Below, piece by piece: positions 57,981 through 64,000 of a DNA stretch of 64,000 bases. Under the pieces are notes generated by a model. That model was not told the DNA's origin and searched no databases. It saw only the letters and a list, made by a program, of their open reading frames with translations. The stretch's first letter is position 1. The number at the start of each line of letters is the position of its first letter. The DNA comes from Candidatus Polarisedimenticolaceae bacterium (GTDB lineage Bacteria > Acidobacteriota > Polarisedimenticolia > Polarisedimenticolales > DASRJG01): NCBI GenBank assembly GCA_036376135.1, contig DASVAW010000092.1:17669-81668 (forward strand), read 5' to 3'. A program made the position numbers and the translations under genes.

Positions 57981-59300
57981 TCAGAACCCGAAACGGCCGG
58001 CGAGCGACGAACCGGGCCGGATGATGCTCTGCGCCCGGTCCGGACCGACGCTCACCACCGAAACCTCGGCCCCGATGAGCGCGGAGAGTCGATCGAGGTA
58101 GGCGCGCGCCTGCGGCGGGAGCTCCTCCCAGGTGCGGGCCGAGGTCGTGTCGGTGTTCCATCCTGGAAGCGTCTCGAAGACCGGCTCGATCCGCTTCGCA
58201 TCCGAGACGACCGGAGGCATCGAGCGGATCGCAGCGCCGTCGAGGCGGTACCCGACGCACACGCGGATCTCGTCCAGGGAGTCGAGGACGTCGAGCAGCA
58301 TGATGCACGCTCCGTCGAACCGGTTGATCCGGTTCGCGTACGCCGCCGCGACGCCGTCGAACCACCCGCACCGGCGCGGGCGCCCGGTGGTGGTCCCGTA
58401 CTCCCGGCCGCGCCGGCGGATCGTCTCACCGAGCCCTTCCGGACCGTCGAGCAACTCGGTGGGCATCGGCCCCGACCCGACGCGCGTCGCGTACGCCTTG
58501 AAGACGCCGATGACGTGATCGACGCGGCGCGGGGAGACGCCGAGGCCGCCGCACAGGCCTCCCGCCACGGTCGTCGACGACGTGACGAAAGGATAGGAGC
58601 CGTGGTCGAGGTCGAGGAGCGTCCCCTGGGCTCCCTCGAAGAGGATCGATCGACCTTCGTCCATCCAGTCGTTCAGGAGGAGCGCGGTGTCCGCGACCCA
58701 GCGCTCGATGCGCCGGTACTGCGCGTGGGCCTGAGCGGCGATCGCCCCGGGATCGCCGGGGTCCTCGCCCGCCTCGCGCAGGCGGGAGCCCACCGGCCCG
58801 TCCACCATCTTCTGGATCCGCTCGCGCAGCGCCGTCGCGTCCGCGAGGTCGGCGACGCGGATCCCGCTGCGCGCGGCCTTCGCCTCGTAGGTCGGCCCGA
58901 TGCCGCGCTGCGTGGTCCCGATGCGTCCCGACTCCCCGGCGACCTGCTCGTTGAGGGCGTCGAGGCGCGAGAGCAGCGGCACGATGACGTGGGCCCGCTC
59001 GCTGATGAAGAAGCGGCCGTCGAGCGAGATCCCCGCGGCGACGAGCGAATCGATCTCCACGAGCATCTTCGTGAGATCGAGTACCGTGCCGTTGCCGATC
59101 ACGATGCGCACGTTGTCGCGGAAGACTCCGGACGGCACGTGGTGGAGCGCGTGCCGCTTGCCGGCGATCGTCACCGTGTGACCGGCGTTGGGCCCCCCCT
59201 GGTAGCGAGCGACGACGTCGAATCGTTCGCTCAGCAGATCGACGATCTTCCCCTTCCCTTCGTCGCCCCACTGGGCTCCGACCACGGCGCAGTTCGGCAC
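57981..59300 (-). CDS. purA: Adenylosuccinate synthase
   Basis: 439 aa, VVGAQWGDEGKGKIVD...YQGGPNAGHTV...GTTQRGIGP. GTG start. Confidence 0.96.
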   Translation of the reverse strand: MPNCAVVGAQWGDEGKGKIVDLLSERFDVVARYQGGPNAGHTVTIAGKRHALHHVPSGVFRDNVRIVIGNGTVLDLTKMLVEIDSLVAAGISLDGRFFISERAHVIVPLLSRLDALNEQVAGESGRIGTTQRGIGPTYEAKAARSGIRVADLADATALRERIQKMVDGPVGSRLREAGEDPGDPGAIAAQAHAQYRRIERWVADTALLLNDWMDEGRSILFEGAQGTLLDLDHGSYPFVTSSTTVAGGLCGGLGVSPRRVDHVIGVFKAYATRVGSGPMPTELLDGPEGLGETIRRRGREYGTTTGRPRRCGWFDGVAAAYANRINRFDGACIMLLDVLDSLDEIRVCVGYRLDGAAIRSMPPVVSDAKRIEPVFETLPGWNTDTTSARTWEELPPQARAYLDRLSALIGAEVSVVSVGPDRAQSIIRPGSSLAGRFGF

Positions 59301-59319
59301 GGCGGATCCTCGGATGGTG

Positions 59320-59871
59320 TCAGGCGGGATTCGGCGCGGAGAGGAGCGCCTGCACCCGGAATGCGAGAGACTCCCGGATCTGCTGCTTGTCGAGGAAACC
59401 CTGGGCCCCGAGCTGGTGCAGGAATCCGAGGATCTCGTCCTTGTAGACGCTGCTCATGGCGAGCACGAGGGTGTCCTTCACGCGCTCGTCCTGCCGGATC
59501 TCGCGGAGCACGTCGAAGCCGGTCATCCGCGGCATCAGCAGATCGAGGACGACGAGGTCGGGGTGCTCCTCGCGCACGAGCCGCAGCGTCTCGAGTCCGT
59601 CGGCGGCGGTGAGGACGTGCAGGCCGGCCTCGGCGAGGATCTCCTCGCAGGTCCTCAGGATCGCGTCGGAGTCGTCGGCGACGAGGACGGTCTTGCGGCG
59701 CTCGATCGTCCGCCACGACCCCGACGACGACGACGACTGCACCTCGTCGAGCCCTAGGTCGATCCGGACGATCGTCTGGCAGCCGGGGCAGAGGTACTTG
59801 ACCACGCGCTCGCCCGCCGGATAGTCCGTCATCCGGAACTCCGTCCTGCATTGCGGGCAACGGACGAGCAT
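59320..59871 (-). CDS. MJ0042-type zinc-ribbon fused to a response-regulator receiver
   Basis: 183 aa, MLVRCPQCRTEF...YLCPGCQTIV, then VLVADDSDAIL...LVVLDLLMPRMTG... Confidence 0.82.
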   Translation of the reverse strand: MLVRCPQCRTEFRMTDYPAGERVVKYLCPGCQTIVRIDLGLDEVQSSSSSGSWRTIERRKTVLVADDSDAILRTCEEILAEAGLHVLTAADGLETLRLVREEHPDLVVLDLLMPRMTGFDVLREIRQDERVKDTLVLAMSSVYKDEILGFLHQLGAQGFLDKQQIRESLAFRVQALLSAPNPA

Positions 59872-59939
59872 GAGGGATCCCGGCGCCGCGAGAGCGCAAA
59901 AAGACGGCGCAATATAGCACGTGCTAGCATCGCGGCCGC

Positions 59940-61547
59940 ATGGTCCGACGGCCCCCGAAACGCCAGTCCCGCCTCTCCGGAGCGCCGCTTCTCGACGGTC
60001 GCGCCCTCACCTTGGAAGGCGTGGAAGCCATCGCCCGCGGCGCCCGGCCGACGCTCTCCGCGGCGGCGGCGCGACGGGTGGCCGCCTCGCGTCGGGCCGT
60101 GGAGAAGGCGACCCGGGGCGGGGCGCGGGTCTACGGCGTCAACACCGGCTTCGGCCATCTCGCGCAGGTCGCGATCCCCGACGACCGCCTCGCCGAGCTG
60201 CAGTTGAATCTCCTCCGCTCGCACGCGGCGGGGGTGGGGGATCCGCTGCCGGTCCCGGTCGTTCGCGCGATCCTCGCCCTGCGCGCCAACTGTCTCGCGC
60301 GAGGGCACTCCGGGATCCGGCTCGAGACCCTCGAGACGCTGGTGGAGATGCTCGCTCGCGGCGTCGTCCCGTTCGTCCCCGAGCGGGGCTCGGTGGGGGC
60401 CTCGGGGGACCTGGCTCCCCTCGCCCACGTCGCGCTGACCCTCGTCGGCGAAGGCGAGGCGTTCTACCGGGGAAGGCGCATGTCCTCCGCGGAGGCGATG
60501 CGCCGCGCGCGGATCCGCCCGGCGACGCTCGTGGCGAAGGAAGGTCTCGCGCTGATCAACGGCACCCAGGTGATGACCGCGATCGGCGTGCTCGCCCTCC
60601 TGCGCGCCGAACGGCTCGCCGCGATCGCCGACGTCGCGGGCGCGATGACCCTCGAGGCCCTCAAGGGATCCCACCGGGCGTTCGACGCGCGGCTGCACGA
60701 CGCGCGGCCCCACCCCGGCCAGCGGCGCTCCGCGTCGAACCTGCGCCGCCTGCTCGAGGGGAGCGCGATCGAGCGTTCGCACGCCGACTGCGGCAAGGTC
60801 CAGGACGCCTATTCGCTGCGCTGCATGCCCCAGGTGCACGGGGCGGTCCGGGACGCCTTGACGCACGTGCGCGGCGTCCTCGCCGTCGAGATCAACGCAT
60901 CGACGGACAACCCGATGGTCTTCGCGGAGGACGGCGATCTCGTTTCCGGGGGGAACTTCCACGGGCAGCCGGTGGCTCTCGCCCTCGACCACCTCGCCGT
61001 CGCGTCGTGTTCGCTCGCGACGATCGCGGAGCGGAGGATCGAGCGCCTGCTCAATCCCGACCTGTCCGACCTCCCGGCGTTCCTCGCCCACGAGCCAGGC
61101 CTGCACTCGGGATTCATGATGGCCCACGTCACCGCCGCCGCCCTGGTCTCCGAGAACAAGATCCTCGCCCACCCGGCGACCGTCGACACGATCCCCACCT
61201 CCGCCGCCAAGGAGGACCACGTGTCGATGGGGGTGACCGCGGCCTGGAAGGCCGCGCGCATCGTGGACAATGTCGAGGCGGTGCTCGCGATCGAGCTGCT
61301 CGCCGCCGCGCAGGGGCTCGACTTCCTGCGCCCCCTGCGTCCCGGGCCGGCCGTGGCCGCCGCGCATCGCGCCGTCCGTCGGGTGGTGCCCCATCTCGAC
61401 GGCGACCGGGTCCTTGCCGTGGACATCGCGCGGATGCGGGAGGCGATCGCGGACGGCCGCATCCTGCGCGCGGTGGAGGGGGTGGTGGACGGCAAGGGGC
61501 TCGAACCCTCGACCTCGGCGTTGCGAACGCCGCGCTCTCCCAGCTGA
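59940..61547 (+). CDS. hutH: Histidine ammonia-lyase
   Basis: 535 aa, [14 protein letters not shown] (MIO-forming ASG), [18 protein letters not shown] (the Ser-His pair typical of HAL). The last ~21 codons lie antisense to tRNA-Ala. Confidence 0.9.
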   Translation: MVRRPPKRQSRLSGAPLLDGRALTLEGVEAIARGARPTLSAAAARRVAASRRAVEKATRGGARVYGVNTGFGHLAQVAIPDDRLAELQLNLLRSHAAGVGDPLPVPVVRAILALRANCLARGHSGIRLETLETLVEMLARGVVPFVPERGSVGASGDLAPLAHVALTLVGEGEAFYRGRRMSSAEAMRRARIRPATLVAKEGLALINGTQVMTAIGVLALLRAERLAAIADVAGAMTLEALKGSHRAFDARLHDARPHPGQRRSASNLRRLLEGSAIERSHADCGKVQDAYSLRCMPQVHGAVRDALTHVRGVLAVEINASTDNPMVFAEDGDLVSGGNFHGQPVALALDHLAVASCSLATIAERRIERLLNPDLSDLPAFLAHEPGLHSGFMMAHVTAAALVSENKILAHPATVDTIPTSAAKEDHVSMGVTAAWKAARIVDNVEAVLAIELLAAAQGLDFLRPLRPGPAVAAAHRAVRRVVPHLDGDRVLAVDIARMREAIADGRILRAVEGVVDGKGLEPSTSALRTPRSPS

Positions 61548-61558
61548 GCTAGCCGCCC
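61483..61558 (-). tRNA. tRNA-Ala (anticodon CGC), CCA encoded, G3:U70 present
   Basis: Reverse complement GGGCGGCTAGCTCAGCTGGGAGAGCGCGGCGTTCGCAACGCCGAGGTCGAGGGTTCGAGCCCCTTGCCGTCCACCA. Confidence 0.94.
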
Positions 61559-61580
61559 GTTTTCCTGCCCAATCGAACGC

Positions 61581-61655
61581 TGGTGGGGCGTGCAGGATTT
61601 GAACCTGCGACTTCCACCGTGTGAAGATGGCACTCTACCGCTGAGTTAACGCCCC
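61581..61655 (-). tRNA. tRNA-Val (anticodon CAC), CCA encoded
   Basis: Reverse complement GGGGCGTTAACTCAGCGGTAGAGTGCCATCTTCACACGGTGGAAGTCGCAGGTTCAAATCCTGCACGCCCCACCA. Confidence 0.94.
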
Positions 61656-61766
61656 GGTTGCCTGTACCGGCGGATCCGCCGTGCGGAACCGCCGCCGAAG
61701 CGGCGCGCTTTATAGCACACCGCCCGCTCCCCTTCTATATTCCGTCCGGCTCCCGGAGGTGGTGCG

Positions 61767-63077
61767 GTGCTTTCTCCCGATGCGTCGAGCGGCAACGTGC
61801 TGCTCCTCACCGACTCCCCCGAGCGCGGGGAACGGCTCGGTCGCTGGATCGCCACCACCGGCGAGAGGCCCGTCGTTCTCTCGGGGGCCGAGAAGTTCCT
61901 TATGGAAACCGGCGACGACGAGTCGATCGACCTCCTCGTCACCGACCTCGACACCGACGATCCGGCGGCGCGCGGACTGATGGACCGCCTCGCCACGGGC
62001 GAACTGTTCCGGGACGTCCCGCAACTGCACGTCTTCCGGGACCTCGCGTTCCGCGACCACTTCCTCGCCGGACACCCTTCCCAGGCGGCCCTCGCCATGG
62101 CGGCCCCTGCCGAGGCGGAGGGGTTCCAGGCCCGGGTCCGCCTGGCGAGCGAGATCGGACGGCTCCGCCGGGAGCTCGCGCGCGGCTCGATCCGGGACCC
62201 GATGACCGGCCTGTTCAACCGCCGCTACCTGATGCTGCGACTGGAGGAGGAGTTCTCCCGCGCGCGACGGCATCGCACACCCCTCTCCCTGCTCCTCCTC
62301 GACATCGACCACCTCAAGAAGATCAACGACGCGTTCGGGCTCGTCGCCGGCGACACCGTGATCCGCAAGGTGGCGCAGACGATCCGCGCGCAGGTGCGGC
62401 GTGAGGACCTGCTCGGCCGCACGGGGGAGGAGTCGTTCGGCATCCTCCTGGCCAACAACCGCTATCGCGGCGCGGCGATCCTCGCGAACAAGATCCGGAG
62501 CGAGGTGGAGGAGTTGCTGCTCCAGTTCCGCGGCGAGAGCTTCCACGTCCGGATCTCCGCCGGCGTATCGGCCTTTCCGGACAACCCCTCGATTCGGGGG
62601 GCGGACGACCTCGTCCGAACGACGGAGGACGCCCTCGCCGCCGCGAAGTCCCGCGGAGGCAACCGCGTGGCGGTCGACGAGGGGATCCTGCGGCGCGACC
62701 GTCGCGTCGTGCTCGTCGCGGATCCGGACCCCACGCTGCTCGACCTCGCGGAAGACCTTCTCGGCCTCGACGACCTGCTGGTCGCCCGGGCCGAGAACGC
62801 CGCCGCCGCGTTGGCCGCCGTCGCCGTCCGCCCCCCCGACCTCCTCGTCGTCGACCTCGGTCTCGCCGAGTCCGAAGGGGGCGCTCGGTTTCTCGAGCGT
62901 CTGCAGCGCGGGGACGGAGGACGGCGCGTCCCCGTGATCGCGCTGGCACGCGAGGCCGGGGCCGACCCGGATGCCCTCGCTCGCCTGGGCGTCGACCGTT
63001 TCCTCACGAAGCCGTTCAGCGTGAGCCTTCTGAGGGGGCTCGCGCAGGAATTGCTGGACGCCTACCGGCCCTCCTGA
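61767..63077 (+). CDS. Receiver-like / GGDEF-domain (degenerate GEESF) / receiver-like protein
   Basis: 436 aa. GTG start with GGAGG Shine-Dalgarno. GGDEF-domain blocks DPMTGLFNRRY, LLLLDIDHLKKINDAFG, RTGEESFGILL, AKSRGGNRV. Flanking CheY-like segments (VLLLTD.., VVLVADPD...LLVVDLGL...FLTKPF). Confidence 0.82.
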   Translation: MLSPDASSGNVLLLTDSPERGERLGRWIATTGERPVVLSGAEKFLMETGDDESIDLLVTDLDTDDPAARGLMDRLATGELFRDVPQLHVFRDLAFRDHFLAGHPSQAALAMAAPAEAEGFQARVRLASEIGRLRRELARGSIRDPMTGLFNRRYLMLRLEEEFSRARRHRTPLSLLLLDIDHLKKINDAFGLVAGDTVIRKVAQTIRAQVRREDLLGRTGEESFGILLANNRYRGAAILANKIRSEVEELLLQFRGESFHVRISAGVSAFPDNPSIRGADDLVRTTEDALAAAKSRGGNRVAVDEGILRRDRRVVLVADPDPTLLDLAEDLLGLDDLLVARAENAAAALAAVAVRPPDLLVVDLGLAESEGGARFLERLQRGDGGRRVPVIALAREAGADPDALARLGVDRFLTKPFSVSLLRGLAQELLDAYRPS

Positions 63078-63172
63078 CGCGGCACGACACCCCCGGTCCG
63101 ACAAATTGGCCGCATCCGCGGATTCCCGCGCGAAAAAGGGTGTGCCGCCGTCCGACCGCTCTCCCCGAGCAT

Positions 63173-63188
63173 TGGCACCGCCATTGCT
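63173..63188 (+). promoter_or_regulatory. Sigma-54 (RpoN) -24/-12 promoter
   Basis: TGGCACcgccaTTGCT. GG at 63174-63175 and GC at 63186-63187 are separated by exactly 10 nt. This matches TGGCAC-N5-TTGCW. Predicted TSS near 63199. Confidence 0.6.
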
Positions 63189-63198
63189 TATTCATGAT

Positions 63199-63288
63199 CT
63201 CGCGAACTAGATACTGGCTCTCGAACCCAACCAGCGTGGAACCGGAAACGTCGGAAGGATGGTCCGACGGTTCCGGTTTCGCTGTTTT
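63199..63288 (+). ncRNA. Candidate small RNA or attenuating leader (sigma-54 promoter to terminator-like hairpin)
   Basis: No ORF. The promoter and a U-tailed hairpin sit on the same strand about 40-90 nt apart. AT-enriched. No family recognised. Confidence 0.3.
63238..63288 (+). terminator. Rho-independent-terminator-like hairpin
   Basis: An 18-bp stem, 63238-63255 with 63263-63280 (one A.G mismatch, one GU pair), and the loop AGGATGG. It is followed by GCTGTTTT. Confidence 0.5.
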
Positions 63289-63364
63289 GGGGCCCAATCT
63301 CCCGGCGAGCCGCCACGCCGGCCTTCCTCCGACCCTCACACCCCCCTGCTGGAGAGCGACGCTT

Positions 63365-63385
63365 GTTGCAACGGGACGTTGCAAC
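63365..63385. repeat. Two copies of the palindromic octamer GTTGCAAC (period 13)
   Basis: GTTGCAAC at 63365-63372 and 63378-63385. The second copy supplies a TTGCAA -35-like hexamer 17 nt upstream of TATACG (63402-63407). Confidence 0.8.
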
Positions 63386-63414
63386 GTGCATCACTTCGGC
63401 CTATACGGGTGGTC

Positions 63415-64000
63415 ATGATCCCCGACGTGCTCTCCGGCCGTTACCGCGTGGTCCGCGAGATCGGCCGAGGCGGGATGGGGCTCGTCCTCTTCGTGCGGGA
63501 CGAGGCGGCCGGGCGCGACGTCGCGCTGAAACTGCTCCAGGACCGCGAATACTCCGACTCGGGGCTTCGCCACTTCGAGCAGGAGTTCCGGACCCTCACC
63601 GCGCTCTCCCACCCGGCGCTCCCCGAGGTCTTCGACTTCGGTCGCCTGCGGCTGCCGGATCGCGACTCCGTCGTCCCGTTCTTCACGATGGAATTCGTCG
63701 CCGGACAACACGCCGACCGTTTCCTCGCGGGCGAGCCGGTGGACTTCCCGGCGGTCACGCGCGTCCTGGCGCAGCTGCTCGAGGCCCTCGCCTATCTCCA
63801 CGCCCACGGGTTCGTCCACCAGGACGTGAAGCCGTCGAACCTCCTCGTCTCGGGGGACCGGGCGGCACCGCGGGTCAAACTGATGGACCTCGGCCTGGCC
63901 GGGCCGCCCCGCGAAGGCGCGGGGCCCGGGCGCATCCGCGGAACGGCGGCCTATCTCTCTCCCGAGGCGGCCCGCGGCGACGCGGTCGACCCGCGCGCCG
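63415..64000 (+). CDS. Serine/threonine protein kinase, 3' partial (continues beyond the window)
   Basis: Not in the ORF track because there is no stop within the window. ATG at 63415. RYRVVREIGRGGMGLV, VALKLL, HGFVHQDVKPSNLL, KLMDLGLA, GTAAYLSPE. Confidence 0.9.
   Translation, partial: MIPDVLSGRYRVVREIGRGGMGLVLFVRDEAAGRDVALKLLQDREYSDSGLRHFEQEFRTLTALSHPALPEVFDFGRLRLPDRDSVVPFFTMEFVAGQHADRFLAGEPVDFPAVTRVLAQLLEALAYLHAHGFVHQDVKPSNLLVSGDRAAPRVKLMDLGLAGPPREGAGPGRIRGTAAYLSPEAARGDAVDPRA

Overview
Very GC-rich bacterial chromosome segment (I estimate about 70% GC by eye, not computed). It comes from a diderm organism, since Lgt, LspA, Wza and an outer-membrane barrel are present. Coding is dense: I can support 57 CDS, 5 tRNAs (Gly-CCC, Glu-TTC, Lys-TTT, Ala-CGC, Val-CAC) and RNase P RNA.

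Content, left to right:
- gcvP, then a minus-strand hemX-hemA-hemC-hemD-gcvT-gcvH run.
- A comEA / pseudopilin / four-helix-bundle trio.
- xdhC, then rseP-dxr-cdsA-uppS.
- galE, truA, ldcA and rnpB.
- A four-gene PAS-kinase / EAL / REC / REC-PilZ operon.
- mnmA and a cysteine desulfurase.
- ileS-lspA-lgt-rluD.
- A GH84-like glycosidase.
- Two translationally coupled hybrid histidine kinases.
- osmC and an IMPase-family gene.
- murF coupled to an SbtA-like permease.
- A ~15 kb Wzy-type exopolysaccharide locus.
- purA and hutH.
- A REC / degenerate-GGDEF / REC protein.
- The 5' part of a Ser/Thr kinase.

I see no transposase, integrase, prophage, CRISPR array or recognisable defence system, and I cannot honestly point to one clearly novel multi-gene system.

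The items most worth follow-up:
1. A near-consensus sigma-54 promoter followed by a strong terminator-like hairpin in the largest non-coding gap. This could be a small RNA or an attenuating leader.
2. The c-di-GMP / phosphorelay operon.
3. The comEA plus Arg-tailed pseudopilin plus Avd-like four-helix-bundle cluster.
4. The EPS locus, which lacks a flippase and any secondary glycosyltransferase.
5. Pervasive 4-nt start/stop overlaps, including hidden TTG starts, and possible leaderless genes.

Many long ORFs in the supplied track are antisense or out-of-frame artefacts of the high GC content. All function calls rest on motif recognition by eye, because no searches were run.
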